The position numbers and the translations under genes were made by a program. The notes under the pieces are model-generated. The model saw only the letters and a list, made by a program, of their open reading frames with translations, did not search any database and was not told the DNA's origin. DNA of 64,000 nt from Hoeflea sp. (GTDB lineage: Bacteria > Pseudomonadota > Alphaproteobacteria > Rhizobiales > Rhizobiaceae): assembly GCF_040218025.1 (NCBI RefSeq), contig NZ_JAVJQD010000025.1. One strand, written 5' to 3'. Of this stretch, positions 1 to 12,415 are shown piece after piece; the first letter of the stretch is position 1, and every line of letters starts with the position of its first letter.

Positions 1-333
1 ATGGCGCGGAAATCGGGCCAGTTCATAACCGGGTCCGGAAAGGTCGAAGAGGCCGTTCGATCGGGCGCCGCCATTGCGCTGATGCATGCAACGGACGCGG
101 CCGAGGACGGCGTACGCAAGCTGCGGCAGGCCAATACGGCGCAGGCCAGGGGTGACAGGCAGGCCGAGATTCCGGTCTTCAGGCTGTTTTCTGCCGGAGA
201 ATTGTCGGCTGCCATGGGCGAAGGCGCGTTTATCCATGCCGCTGCGCTTGCGGGGCAGGCCGGTGAGGGTGTAGTGAAACGCGCAATAGGACTTGCGCGC
301 TATAGATACGGGCCCGAGAAGGGCGCCGATTGA
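1..333 (+). CDS. YlxR/DUF448-family RNA-binding protein, C-terminal part (5' end outside window)
   Basis: Frame-1 ORF is open at the window start, with stop TGA at 331-333. It lies directly upstream of infB, as ylxR-type genes do in nusA-infB operons. [12 protein letters not shown]...ALMHATDAA resembles the L7Ae/YlxQ-like C-terminal module. The call rests on synteny plus a weak motif. Confidence 0.55.
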   Translation: MARKSGQFITGSGKVEEAVRSGAAIALMHATDAAEDGVRKLRQANTAQARGDRQAEIPVFRLFSAGELSAAMGEGAFIHAAALAGQAGEGVVKRAIGLARYRYGPEKGAD

Positions 334-427
334 AAGCGGGCTAACGGGCACGACCGCCCGGAGGCGATCGATTACGAAGCCGCTGCGCCCAGGCGTGCAG
401 CGAGGCTTCCGCGGAAACGGATACGGA

Positions 428-3025
428 ATGAGCGACAGCAAAGACGACAAGACAATCAGTGTTACCGGCAAGAAGACCTTCTCGCTGAAGCGGCCCTCCG
501 TCGAACAGGGGATGGTGCGTCAGGAGATGGGCCGCGGCCGGACCAAGGCGGTGGTGGTGGAAACGCGCAAGCGGCGCATCAACCGTCCGGAAGACGAAAA
601 GCCGGCGCAGCCGATAACCCTCAAGCCGCGCAAGGCCCCTGAGCCCGAGAAGGCTGCGGAAAAGCCCGCACCGGCGCCTGCCGCACCGGCGGCCCCCGCC
701 CGTGGCGGCGTCGTGCTCAATGAACTGTCGGCCAGCGAGGTCGAGGCCCGCCGCCGCGCGCTTCAGGACAGCCGCGTGCGCGACATCGAGGAGCGCAAGC
801 GCGCCGAAGAGGAAGCCGCGCGTCGCGCCGAGGAGGAGGCCCGTCGCAAGGCTGAAGAGGCCGAAGAGGCAAAGCGCCGCGCCGAGGAAGAGGCGCGCCT
901 TGCCAGGGAAGCCGAGGAAAACAAGAAAAGCGAGCCCGAGCCTGAACAGGTTCCGGACGTTGCCGGCCTTGAGGCTGCGGCCCCTCCCTCTCCCGAAGAT
1001 GCCGCTGCACGGGGCCGCCGCCGCGAACCCGAAGCCGACGCGTCGCCGCGCTCCGGCGGTCCGGCCCGTCCCGGCTCCAAGGTTGCCCGGCCCGAAACGC
1101 CCAAGCCGAGCCGTACCAAGGGCGAGGACGATCGCCGTCGCGGGAAGCTGACGCTGACCGCTGCTCTCAATGATGACGGAAATTCCCGCGGTCGCTCGCT
1201 TTCGGCCATGCGCCGCCGTCAGGAGAAAATGCGCCGCTCGATGTCGCAGGAGCCGCGCGAAAAGGTGATGCGTGAAGTCACGCTGCCCGAGACCATTACC
1301 ATTCAGGAACTGTCCCAGCGTATGGCCGAACGGTCGGTCGACGTGATCAAGTATCTGATGAAGGAAGGCCAGATGATGAAGCCCGGCGACGTCATTGACG
1401 CCGACCTGGCCGAAATCATCGCCGGAGAATTCGGACACACGGTCCGGCGCGTTTCGGAGTCCGATGTCGAGCTTGGCATTTTCAACGTCGAGGACGAGGG
1501 CGGCGAGACCGTTCCGCGTCCTCCGGTCGTCACCATCATGGGCCATGTCGACCACGGCAAGACCTCGCTTCTTGACGCCATTCGCGATGCGAACGTGGTC
1601 TCCGGCGAGGCCGGCGGCATCACCCAGCATATCGGCGCCTATCAGGTCGAGAAAAACGGTCAGCTGATCACCTTCATCGACACGCCGGGTCACGCCGCCT
1701 TTACCGCGATGCGCGCACGTGGCGCCCAGGCGACCGACATCGCGATCCTCGTGGTCGCGGCAGACGACGCCGTGATGCCGCAGACGATCGAATCGATCAA
1801 TCACGCCAAGGCGGCCAATGTGCCGATCATTGTCGCCATCAACAAGATGGACAAGCCTTCTGCCGATGCCAACAAGGTGCGCACGGATCTTCTGCAGCAC
1901 GAGGTCTTCGTCGAATCCATGGGTGGTGAAGTGCTGGACGTCGAGGTGTCGGCGCTCAAGCAACTCAATCTCGACAAACTGCTCGACGCGATCCTGCTCC
2001 AGGCCGAACTGCTCGACCTGAAGGCCAATCCGGACCGCACCGCCGAGGGCGTTGTCGTCGAGGCCAAGCTCGATCGCGGCCGCGGTTCGGTCGCCACCGT
2101 GCTGGTCCAGACCGGTACGCTGCATCCCGGCGAAATCCTCGTGGCGGGCGATCAGTGGGGCCGTGTGCGTGCTCTGGTCAACGACCGTGGCGAGCAGGTC
2201 AAGCAAGCGGGTCCTGCCTCTCCGGTGGAGATTCTCGGGCTTCAGGGTACGCCGCAGGCCGGCGACCGCTTCGCAGTCGTCGAGAACGAATCCCGTGCCC
2301 GCGAAATCGCCGAATACCGTCAGCGGCTTGCCCGCGACAAGGCGGCGGCGCGCCAGAGCGGCTCGCGCGGTTCGCTCGAGCAGATGATGACCCAGTTGCA
2401 GGACACCGGCAGCCAGGAATTCCCGCTGCTGGTCAAGGGCGACGTTCAGGGATCGATCGAGGCCATTGCCGGTGCGATCGAGAAGCTCGGCACCGACGAG
2501 GTGCGCGCGCGCATCATCCATTCGGCCGCCGGCGCCATTACCGAATCCGACATCTCGCTCGCGGAAGCTTCCGGTGCGGCGATCATCGGCTTCAATGTCC
2601 GCGCCAACAAGCAGGCCCGCGATGCGGCCGAGCGCGAGGGCGTCGAAATCCGCTACTACAACATCATCTACGATCTCGTGGATGACGTGAAGGCGGCGAT
2701 GTCGGGCATGCTCTCGCCGGAGCGCCGCGAAACCTTCCTCGGCAACGCCGAGATCCTGGAGGTGTTCAACATCACCAAGGTCGGCAAGGTGGCCGGTTGC
2801 CGCGTCACCGAAGGCAAGGTCGAACGTGGCGCGGGCGTCCGCCTGATCCGCGACAGCGTGGTCATTCACGAAGGCAAGCTCAAGACCCTCAAGCGTTTCA
2901 AGGACGAAGTGGCCGAGGTCAACGGCGGCCAGGAATGCGGCATGGCCTTCGAGAACTACGAGGACATCCGCGCAGGCGACGTCATCGAGTGCTTCCGCGT
3001 GGAGCACGTCACACGCACGCTTTGA
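428..3025 (+). CDS. infB: translation initiation factor IF-2
   Basis: ORF 293..3025; ATG 428 chosen ([12 protein letters not shown]). G-domain motifs [14 protein letters not shown] and NKMD are present. The Lys/Glu/Ala/Arg-rich N-terminal region is typical of IF-2. Confidence 0.97.
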   Translation: MSDSKDDKTISVTGKKTFSLKRPSVEQGMVRQEMGRGRTKAVVVETRKRRINRPEDEKPAQPITLKPRKAPEPEKAAEKPAPAPAAPAAPARGGVVLNELSASEVEARRRALQDSRVRDIEERKRAEEEAARRAEEEARRKAEEAEEAKRRAEEEARLAREAEENKKSEPEPEQVPDVAGLEAAAPPSPEDAAARGRRREPEADASPRSGGPARPGSKVARPETPKPSRTKGEDDRRRGKLTLTAALNDDGNSRGRSLSAMRRRQEKMRRSMSQEPREKVMREVTLPETITIQELSQRMAERSVDVIKYLMKEGQMMKPGDVIDADLAEIIAGEFGHTVRRVSESDVELGIFNVEDEGGETVPRPPVVTIMGHVDHGKTSLLDAIRDANVVSGEAGGITQHIGAYQVEKNGQLITFIDTPGHAAFTAMRARGAQATDIAILVVAADDAVMPQTIESINHAKAANVPIIVAINKMDKPSADANKVRTDLLQHEVFVESMGGEVLDVEVSALKQLNLDKLLDAILLQAELLDLKANPDRTAEGVVVEAKLDRGRGSVATVLVQTGTLHPGEILVAGDQWGRVRALVNDRGEQVKQAGPASPVEILGLQGTPQAGDRFAVVENESRAREIAEYRQRLARDKAAARQSGSRGSLEQMMTQLQDTGSQEFPLLVKGDVQGSIEAIAGAIEKLGTDEVRARIIHSAAGAITESDISLAEASGAAIIGFNVRANKQARDAAEREGVEIRYYNIIYDLVDDVKAAMSGMLSPERRETFLGNAEILEVFNITKVGKVAGCRVTEGKVERGAGVRLIRDSVVIHEGKLKTLKRFKDEVAEVNGGQECGMAFENYEDIRAGDVIECFRVEHVTRTL

Positions 3026-3114
3026 TCGGAAGTTTGCCCGGCGCGTGAAGTGCCGGGCTGGTTTCCTTTGCCGCCTTCCCGGACAGGCTTGTCCGCAACA
3101 CAGGGTGGATTTCC

Positions 3115-3555
3115 ATGCCCAAACCCACATCCTCCGCCCCGTCGCAGCGCATGCTTCGTGTCGGCGAACAGGTGCGCGCCGCCATCACGCAGGTGCTGCA
3201 GCGCGGCGATGTCCGCGATCCGCTGATCGAGAAAACCGTCATTTCTGTCTCGGAAGTGCGCATGTCGCCCGATCTGAAGATCGCGACGGCCTACGTCACC
3301 CCGCTCGGCCAGACCGATCATGCGGAGACCATCGCGGCGCTGAACAAGCATGCGCGTTATCTCCGTGGCCGGATTTCGCCATTGATCAGGCAGATGAAAT
3401 ACATGCCTGAACTCCGCTTCCGCGATGACACCAGCTTCGACAATTACTCGAAGATCGATGCACTGCTGCGTTCCCCCGAGGTCGCCCGCGATCTCGATGC
3501 TGACGATGAAGACGGCGGCGACCGGCGTCGCGACGACGGCGCGGAGAACGGCTGA
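3115..3555 (+). CDS. rbfA: ribosome-binding factor A
   Basis: 146-aa ORF ([17 protein letters not shown]...[17 protein letters not shown]) in the conserved infB-rbfA-truB order. Confidence 0.9.
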   Translation: MPKPTSSAPSQRMLRVGEQVRAAITQVLQRGDVRDPLIEKTVISVSEVRMSPDLKIATAYVTPLGQTDHAETIAALNKHARYLRGRISPLIRQMKYMPELRFRDDTSFDNYSKIDALLRSPEVARDLDADDEDGGDRRRDDGAENG

Positions 3556-3556
3556 T

Positions 3557-4492
3557 ATGGGCCGTCGCGGCAAGAAGAAGGGCCGGCCGGTTTCGGGCTG
3601 GCTGGTGCTGGACAAGCCGTGGGACTTTGGGTCCACCGAGGCTGTCTCCAAGATCAAGTGGCTGTTCAAGGCCGACAAGGCCGGCCATGCCGGAACGCTC
3701 GATCCGCTGGCTTCTGGCATGCTCCCGATTGCGCTCGGGGAAGCCACGAAGACGGTTCCCTATGTCATGGACGGCCGGAAGGTCTACGAGTTCACCGTCG
3801 CATGGGGCGAGCAGCGCAACACCGACGATCTCGAGGGGCAGGTGACGGAAAGCTCCGGCGTCCGCCCGGACCGGGCTGCAATCGAGGCGATTTTGCCGAA
3901 CTACACCGGCGTGATCGAACAGGTTCCGCCCGCCTTCTCCGCCGTCAAGATTGCCGGCGAGCGCGCCTATGACATGGCCCGCGACGGCGAGGCGGTTGAG
4001 ATCCCCTCCCGCGAAGTCGAGATCCATCGGCTGACATTGCTGGGTTGCCCCGATCCCGACCACGCGGTTTTCGAGGTCGAATGCGGCAAGGGAACCTATG
4101 TCCGTGCGCTGGCGCGCGATTTCGGCCGGGACCTCGGCTGCTTCGGTCACATCTCGGCGCTCAGGCGCACGATGGTGGCGCCCTTCGATGAAGCCCAGAT
4201 GGTGCCTCTTGCCGATCTGACCGCACTTGAAGGGGTCGAGGATGAGGCCGAACGGCTGTCGGCACTGGACGCCTTCCTGATGCCTACCGGCGAGGCGCTT
4301 GCTGCACTCCCGCGCATCGACATCTCCGGCGACCAGGCTCATCGGCTTAGGATGGGCAATCCGATCATCCTGAGGGGCCGTGACGCTCCCGTCGCCACCG
4401 ATGACGCCTGCGCTTTCGCGTCCGGAGAACTCGTGGCGATCGGCGAGGTGGCCGGCGGCGAATTCCGCCCCCGGCGCGTCTTCAAGGTCTGA
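3557..4492 (+). CDS. truB: tRNA pseudouridine(55) synthase
   Basis: ATG 3557 ([21 protein letters not shown]) lies 1 nt after the rbfA stop. The catalytic-Asp motif [23 protein letters not shown] is present. Confidence 0.93.
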   Translation: MGRRGKKKGRPVSGWLVLDKPWDFGSTEAVSKIKWLFKADKAGHAGTLDPLASGMLPIALGEATKTVPYVMDGRKVYEFTVAWGEQRNTDDLEGQVTESSGVRPDRAAIEAILPNYTGVIEQVPPAFSAVKIAGERAYDMARDGEAVEIPSREVEIHRLTLLGCPDPDHAVFEVECGKGTYVRALARDFGRDLGCFGHISALRRTMVAPFDEAQMVPLADLTALEGVEDEAERLSALDAFLMPTGEALAALPRIDISGDQAHRLRMGNPIILRGRDAPVATDDACAFASGELVAIGEVAGGEFRPRRVFKV

Positions 4493-4568
4493 TCCTCCCG
4501 AGCCGGCATGACTTGCCTTTGACCGTCCAAGCGGCCAAACTGGTCTTCCGGGATGGGGGAAACCAGTC

Positions 4569-4919
4569 ATGAAGAGATTTTGCACAATCGGCGCGTTGGC
4601 CCTGATGGCCTTTGTTTCAAACATCACCGTCATTCCGGCGCTGGCGCAAAGCCCTGGCTATGACCGCAATGGCTGCGGCTGGTACATCATCCTCGGCTGT
4701 TCGACGAACCGTTCGGCTGCCGCGGCAACGCTGAATGATCTTGGCGGCATCATGGTCGGTGGCGGGGCCGGTTCGCGCATCCTCAACACCACCGGTGTCG
4801 AGGGCTTTCGCAACGGGTTCTACTGCGTTGCCGACGGACCCTATCTCAGCGAGGCGGATGCGGGTTCGGTCGCGTGGCGGGAGGCTGTGCCCGACGCCTA
4901 CGTGAAGCGCGGCTGCTGA
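4569..4919 (+). CDS. small exported protein, SPOR-like (hypothetical)
   Basis: N-terminal signal peptide (MKRFCTIGALALMAFVSNITVIPALA). GWYIILGC...GFYCVADGPY resembles a SPOR-type repeat. Four Cys residues. The family call is tentative. Confidence 0.5.
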   Translation: MKRFCTIGALALMAFVSNITVIPALAQSPGYDRNGCGWYIILGCSTNRSAAAATLNDLGGIMVGGGAGSRILNTTGVEGFRNGFYCVADGPYLSEADAGSVAWREAVPDAYVKRGC

Positions 4920-5133
4920 TTTTCCAGGCTGATCCGCCTTCTGTTTCCGGCGCATGCCGGGTCGCTTCCGGCGCTGCAGCATATTTTCCTTTCATTTCGG
5001 GCGATTTTGGCCTATAGCCCGGCCGTCGCACTGCCTTGGCCCTCAGAGTGGGCCGGTGCGGCATTTCGAGGCCCCTGCTGGACGACATCCCGGCAGCGGG
5101 CGCCATTCCCATCCGACACGAAAGGATATGACG

Positions 5134-5403
5134 ATGTCGATTACTGCCGAGCGCAAGGCTGCGCTGATCGAAGAATACGCCACCAAGCCTGGCGACACGG
5201 GTTCGCCGGAAGTCCAGGTTGCGATCCTGACCGAACGGATCAACAACCTGACCGAACACTTCAAGGGCAACAAGAAGGACAACCATTCACGGCGCGGGCT
5301 GTTGAAGATGGTGTCCACGCGCCGTTCGCTGCTTGACTATGTCAAGGGCAAGAACCACGAGCGCTATGCCGAGCTGATCGCCCGTCTGGGCATTCGCCGC
5401 TAA
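5134..5403 (+). CDS. rpsO: 30S ribosomal protein S15
   Basis: 89 aa, [52 protein letters not shown] lies upstream of ATG 5134. Confidence 0.97.
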   Translation: MSITAERKAALIEEYATKPGDTGSPEVQVAILTERINNLTEHFKGNKKDNHSRRGLLKMVSTRRSLLDYVKGKNHERYAELIARLGIRR

Positions 5404-5737
5404 GCATTGAACCGGCGGGCAGGGCGTAAGCCTTGGCCGCCGGATCGCCATTCAAGGCCCTGATGCAGGACCTTGGCGTCGAGGCGCACGCAATCCGGCG
5501 ACAGCCGGCCAAAGCGCCATAACCGTCCGCCGGACCTGGAAATGGGTCACGGACACACACAAGAGCCCGTCATGGGGCAGGATTGCCGGATGTTTTGGCC
5601 GCGCGCCGCGCGGATCGCCAGAGCCACAAAGCCTCCCGCTGTCTTGCCCGTGATGCGCCAAAACAAATGGAGTGTGCGCCGCGCGGCTGCCCGAAGCAGC
5701 CGGCACTGCACTGCACTTCGCATACGAAGGACAAGAC

Positions 5738-7855
<2,118 letters not shown>

Positions 7856-7898
7856 GCTCCGGCTGAATGACCTGACACACACACAACTGTGTCTTGTT

Positions 7899-7936
7899 GA
7901 ACCCCGTACGGTGCGAACCTGCGGGGTTCTTATTTT
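7899..7936 (+). terminator. intrinsic terminator after pnp
   Basis: GAACCCCG ... CGGGGTTC stem (7899-7906 / 7922-7929) followed by TTATTTT. Confidence 0.6.
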
Positions 7937-8002
7937 CCCGCCACGGCTTGATCCCGAAGGGGGGTTGCCCGACACTGGCTTCCGGACTACGGGGAGCCAC
8001 GT

Positions 8003-9286
8003 TTGACCGATGCCGCGACACGCACAAGGCCCGGACATCATTTGGGCGCGCCGCTGGTGCTTCCCTGTGGGGTCGTGCTGAAGAATCGCATTCTCAAGTC
8101 CGCCATGTCGGATTCGCTTGGCGACGGCGCGGGCAACCCCTCTGCAGCGCAGGTCGCGCTTTACCGCCGCTGGGCCGAGGGCGGGGCTGCAGTGTCCATC
8201 ATCGGCGAAGTTCAAGGCGATCCCCATGCGCTTGAGAAGCCGGGCAACCTCGTCCTTGCGGATGACTCCGACACGGCATTGTTCGCCCGTCTCACGAAGG
8301 CAGGCACCGCAAACGGCGCAGGGCTTTGGGCTCAACTCGGCCATGCCGGCGCGCTGAGCTATGCGCCGCTCGGCAGGCCACGCGGTCCTTCCGCGCTCGA
8401 ACTCGACGGCCTGATCTGTGCGGAATTGTCGGCGGACGAGATTGATCAGGTGCCGGTTCTTCTTGCGGACACGGCCAAAAAGGCAAAGGCTTTGGGTTTC
8501 ACTGGCGTGCAGGTCCATGCCGCCCACGGATTCTTGCTGTCGCAATTTCTGTCGCCGCTCTTCAACCGCCGCTCCGATCGCTGGGGCGGCAGCCTTGGCA
8601 ACAGAGCCCGGCTTCTGATCGAGACGATTGATGCCGTGCGCGCAGCGGTGGGAAACACCTTCCCGGTCGCGGTCAAGCTCAATGCCACCGATCGCATTGA
8701 TGGCGGCTTTTCGGAGCAGGAAGCGGCAGTCGTGATCACGATGCTGGATGAGACGTCCGTGGATCTGATCGAGATCTCGGGCGGCACTTACTTTCCGGGC
8801 GCCAGCTCCTCCGGCGGCGGTCGTCCGGGGGAACCGTATTTTCTCGATTTCGCCCGCAGGGTTCGTGAACTGACAAGAAAGCCGCTGGCCGCCGTCGGTG
8901 GCTTCAGGACATACCGGCAGGCCGCCGGGGCGGTTGAGGATGGAACGCTCGACATGGTAGGTCTGGCGCGGGCGCTGGTTTTGGATCCCGATCTGCCGGG
9001 GGTATGGACGACCGACGCCGGGATTGATCCCGAGTTCCCTCGCTTCGAGAGCCCGCGCGAAGGCGCGGTCACCGCGTGGTACACCCTTCGGCTCGCGGCA
9101 CTCGGCGGAGCGCCGCTGCCCGGCTTCCCGATTCCGGCCTCTTCCGGGGTTCCGGATGCGAATGCCGCACTGGCAGCCTACGAAGCCCGAGACCGGACGC
9201 GTCACGAGGTCTGGCGGGCCCGTTTCGGTCGAGGCAGGGCCGGGAGGTTCTCCGACAGATTCAGTACCACACGGGTTTCCTCATGA
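8003..9286 (+). CDS. NADH:flavin oxidoreductase, Old Yellow Enzyme family
   Basis: TTG start. Motifs LKNRILKSAM, WAQLGHAGA, HAAHGFLLSQFLSPLFNRRSDRWGGSLGNRARL. The 3' end overlaps the convergent AraC-type gene by 85 nt. Confidence 0.85.
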   Translation: MTDAATRTRPGHHLGAPLVLPCGVVLKNRILKSAMSDSLGDGAGNPSAAQVALYRRWAEGGAAVSIIGEVQGDPHALEKPGNLVLADDSDTALFARLTKAGTANGAGLWAQLGHAGALSYAPLGRPRGPSALELDGLICAELSADEIDQVPVLLADTAKKAKALGFTGVQVHAAHGFLLSQFLSPLFNRRSDRWGGSLGNRARLLIETIDAVRAAVGNTFPVAVKLNATDRIDGGFSEQEAAVVITMLDETSVDLIEISGGTYFPGASSSGGGRPGEPYFLDFARRVRELTRKPLAAVGGFRTYRQAAGAVEDGTLDMVGLARALVLDPDLPGVWTTDAGIDPEFPRFESPREGAVTAWYTLRLAALGGAPLPGFPIPASSGVPDANAALAAYEARDRTRHEVWRARFGRGRAGRFSDRFSTTRVSS

Positions 9287-10269
9287 TCCCGCCACTGGCT
9301 CGGCGAGACTCCGGTGACACGCTGGAACTCGCGATTGAAGTTCGATTTGGTGTTGAAGCCGCTCGAAAGCATTGCCTCGGTGATCGGCGTTCCCGTGGCG
9401 ATCAGCTTTGAAGCGTGCCGGATGCGCCAGCGGTTGACGTAGCGCGAGACATTCTCGCCGGTCACGCGATTGACCGCCGCCGACAATCTCTTCTCCGGCA
9501 CATGCAGGCGCCGCCCCAGCCGTGACAGCGTCAGGTCGGGGTCGAGATGTGCGCCTTGCTGCTCGAGCAGGGCATTGAGCTTGCCGACGATGGCCGGATA
9601 CTCGGCGGCATGTTTGTCGGGGGCAGGGTCTTGCGGCGATTCCACCGGATCGTCGCTCGGGCCGGACGCATCGGGCGACACGCTCAGGAGCCCGACGAAC
9701 AGGAGCGCCAGCGAGGAAGAGACGCTGATCAGCACAAGCGCCCAATCCGCCCGGCCGCTCAAATAGGTAAGCGCAATCAGGACATCGCTCGCCGCCGAGC
9801 CGATCAGCGCCCAGGCGAGCGCTTTCCAGATCAATGCCGGATAGTCGCCGGCTTCGAGACGGGCGAGCGGCATTGCCGGCGCGCGGCGGATAAACAAGAG
9901 CAGTGACACCCCATAGGCGAGGAAGATCCCCGGCACGACGATATCGAGGGTTAGCGGCGCGAAGATCGTGCAGAACAGCGTAAACGCAGGTGCGGAAAGA
10001 TGAAGCCAGTCGTCGCGGATCCGCTGATGGGCAAGCAGCGCATCCCGAAAGGTAACCCAGGCCAGCGGCGGCACCAGTGTGGCCGTCACCGGCAGCGCCG
10101 GACGCAGAACCTCGACACTGTAAAAGACGACGAGCGCAACCATCAGTGACTGCGCAGCACAAAGGCACAAGAGTGCAAGCAACAGCGGCCGCCCGCCCGC
10201 CAGAAAGGTCCGGAGTGCAAGATAGCCGATCACGAGAGCGACAAAGACGGGGACGGGAAACATCAGCAT
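9202..10269 (-). CDS. membrane-anchored AraC-family transcriptional regulator
   Basis: About 200 aa of hydrophobic helices precede a C-terminal AraC HTH (SRLGRRLHVPEKRLSAAVNRVTGENVSRYVNRWRI...GFNTKSNFNREFQRVTGVSPSQWR). Confidence 0.8.
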   Translation of the reverse strand: MLMFPVPVFVALVIGYLALRTFLAGGRPLLLALLCLCAAQSLMVALVVFYSVEVLRPALPVTATLVPPLAWVTFRDALLAHQRIRDDWLHLSAPAFTLFCTIFAPLTLDIVVPGIFLAYGVSLLLFIRRAPAMPLARLEAGDYPALIWKALAWALIGSAASDVLIALTYLSGRADWALVLISVSSSLALLFVGLLSVSPDASGPSDDPVESPQDPAPDKHAAEYPAIVGKLNALLEQQGAHLDPDLTLSRLGRRLHVPEKRLSAAVNRVTGENVSRYVNRWRIRHASKLIATGTPITEAMLSSGFNTKSNFNREFQRVTGVSPSQWRDHEETRVVLNLSENLPALPRPKRARQTS

Positions 10270-10387
10270 GGGGGCACTATCGTCTCAAATACGGATTGTG
10301 GCGACCTGAATCCCGGATAAAGGACGCGCCGCGATCATCTTTGTCGTCTCCTGGTGACCTCTTGAACACGTACAAGGAGGTTCTCCC

Positions 10388-11401
10388 GTGAAACGTCTCG
10401 TAATCGTCCCTGCACTCACACTGGCGCTGGCCGTGCCGGCATCCGCCGAAATGCTGCTGGGGTATGACAGCTTCGATCTCGTTGCGGCCCACCGCTCCCG
10501 CCCGGTTGCTGCATCGATCTGGTATCCGGCCATGAACCCGACCTATCTTGCGCCGGTCGGCGATGGGCCGATCTTCGAACCGACGAAGGCTCATATAGGA
10601 CCTGCAGTCGAATCCGGCCGTCATCCCCTGGTCCTGCTTTCCCATGGTTCGGGCGGGAATGCCCAGACGCTGGGATGGCTTGCGAGCGGTCTCGTGGAAA
10701 GGAATGCGATCGTCCTCGCTGTCAATCATCCCGGTTCAACAAGCGGAGACAGCTCGCCGCGCCGTTCCGTCGATCTTGAGGCAAGGGCCGCAGATCTTTC
10801 GGCCGCGCTCGACAGCATCCTGGCAGACCCTGCATTCTCTGCCCGTGTCGACAGCCAGGAGATCAGTGTTGTCGGCTTTTCACTCGGCGGCGCCACGGCC
10901 TTGGGGCTCGCTGGCCTGCGCTTCGACGGCGAAGTCCAGGATGCCAGATGTGAGGATAGCCGCGAGGCGGGCGATTGCGTCTTTTTCCACAAGGGTGGCG
11001 TGTCCTTCGCTGACTATCCGGCTTTTGAGGCCGATAGCTCCGACGATCGCATCGTTCAGAGCGTCGCCATCGATCCGGGCTTCGGTGCCGCCGTCACCGA
11101 GGCAAGCCTCAGCGACGTGAATTCGCGCATCACCCTGATCAACCTCGGTTACGAGAACCGGCTTGAGGCGGCGGATGTTTCGCCGAAGGGTAACGATCTC
11201 GTCACCCGTCTCGGCGTCGCGGAATATCTGGAGATCGGGCCCGCGAACCATTTCACCTTCCTGGGTGTCTGCAAGCCGCGGGCCGCCGAGCTCCTTGCCG
11301 AGGAGGGCGAGGATCCGATCTGCACCGATCCCGATGGCGCTGACCGGAAGGAGATCCACGACAGGCTCGTTGCGGCGATCGCCGACGCGCTTGGCCTGTA
11401 G
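10388..11401 (+). CDS. secreted alpha/beta hydrolase (dienelactone hydrolase / PAF-acetylhydrolase-like)
   Basis: GTG start 7 nt after AAGGAGG. Has a signal peptide, an LLSHGSGG segment and the nucleophile elbow GFSLGG. Confidence 0.75.
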   Translation: MKRLVIVPALTLALAVPASAEMLLGYDSFDLVAAHRSRPVAASIWYPAMNPTYLAPVGDGPIFEPTKAHIGPAVESGRHPLVLLSHGSGGNAQTLGWLASGLVERNAIVLAVNHPGSTSGDSSPRRSVDLEARAADLSAALDSILADPAFSARVDSQEISVVGFSLGGATALGLAGLRFDGEVQDARCEDSREAGDCVFFHKGGVSFADYPAFEADSSDDRIVQSVAIDPGFGAAVTEASLSDVNSRITLINLGYENRLEAADVSPKGNDLVTRLGVAEYLEIGPANHFTFLGVCKPRAAELLAEEGEDPICTDPDGADRKEIHDRLVAAIADALGL

Positions 11402-11553
11402 GTGAGCACACCGGCTCCGGCGCCCGAAGCTTTGCATCGCCCCTTCGGGACCGGATGCCGGTTCGTCTTGGCCGTCTGACGCGGTGACCTCGGCGGAGTC
11501 CGGAACAATCGCCGCGCTTGCGCATTGGCCCTCAACAAACAGGGAGCATATAC

Positions 11554-12219
11554 ATGGGCCACACGCTTGCCATTTCGAGGATCGCCAACGTCACCCACGA
11601 CGTTTGCCAGTTCACCTTCGAGAAGCCGGAGGGTTTTGAATTCACCCCCGGGCAGGCGGCGGAGGTCGGCATTGACCGGGACGGTTGGCGCGACGCGGGT
11701 CACCCCTTCACCTTCACTTCGCTGCCGGACTGGGATCACCTCCAGTTCACCATCAAGATCTATCCCGAGCACGATGGGCTGACCGAGCAGATCGGCACGC
11801 TCAAGCAAGGCGACAGCTTCATCGTCGGCGATCCTTGGGGCACGATCGAGTACAAGGGGAAGGGCACCTTTATCGCCGGCGGCGCCGGCGTCACGCCCTT
11901 CATCGCCATCCTCAGAATGCTGCGGGATCGTGGCGAACTTTCCGGGCACCGGCTGATCTTTGCCAACAAGCGCGAGGCCGACATTATCCTTCGCGAAGAG
12001 TTCGACGCCATGCCGGGCCTCGAGGTGATCTATGTTCTGAGCGAGGAAGACAAGGACGGGTTCGAGCACGGGCGCATCGACAAGCAGATGCTTGAGCGCC
12101 TGGTCGGCAGCGCTTCCGAAAAATTCTACGTTTGTGGTCCCGACGAGATGGTTGAGAGCATAAACAGTGCACTCGAGGAATTGGGCGCCGACCCCGATGG
12201 CCTCGTGTTCGAGGAGTGA
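11554..12219 (+). CDS. FNR-type FAD/NAD(P)-binding oxidoreductase
   Basis: ATG 11554 follows AGGGAG. HPFTFTS (FAD-binding R/HxYS-like motif) and GGAGVTPF (NAD(P)-binding motif) are present. Confidence 0.8.
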   Translation: MGHTLAISRIANVTHDVCQFTFEKPEGFEFTPGQAAEVGIDRDGWRDAGHPFTFTSLPDWDHLQFTIKIYPEHDGLTEQIGTLKQGDSFIVGDPWGTIEYKGKGTFIAGGAGVTPFIAILRMLRDRGELSGHRLIFANKREADIILREEFDAMPGLEVIYVLSEEDKDGFEHGRIDKQMLERLVGSASEKFYVCGPDEMVESINSALEELGADPDGLVFEE

Positions 12220-12315
12220 GGAGCGGTCCGCTCAAGCGGAGAAATCAGTCCAGTGGACTGATTTCAGCGACGAACGCCCGGAACCAAAGCGAAGGCCGGA
12301 GCGGTCCGCTCAAGC
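12220..12315. repeat. 18-nt perfect direct repeat pair flanking a 25-nt perfect palindrome
   Basis: GGAGCGGTCCGCTCAAGC occurs at 12220-12237 and 12298-12315. GAAATCAGTCCAgTGGACTGATTTC lies at 12241-12265. Confidence 0.8.
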
Positions 12316-12355
12316 CGACTTTGTTTGCGCGCCGAAACGAGAAGTGCCGGCACAC

Positions 12356-12387
12356 GAAAAACCCCGGATCGGCCGATCCGGGGTTTT
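12356..12387. terminator. bidirectional intrinsic terminator (FNR-like gene / fabI)
   Basis: 22-nt palindrome CCCCGGATCGGCCGATCCGGGG (12362-12383) is flanked by an A-run on the left and TTTT on the right, between convergent genes. Confidence 0.7.
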
Positions 12388-12415
12388 CAGCTTTTCGAGG
12401 CCGGGAATGCTGCCA

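Noticed and set aside
293-427. Upstream ATG 293 as the infB start (910-aa form)
   Set aside because: The first 13 codons overlap the preceding gene. The added 45 residues are Arg/Gly/Thr-rich with no IF-2 resemblance, whereas [12 protein letters not shown] at 428 matches typical IF-2 N-termini.
341-3130. 929-aa minus-strand ORF covering the whole infB locus
   Set aside because: It is antisense to a motif-complete IF-2 gene. The translation is Arg/Ala/Gly/Leu-rich with no recognisable motif. Long stop-free antisense frames are expected in high-GC DNA.
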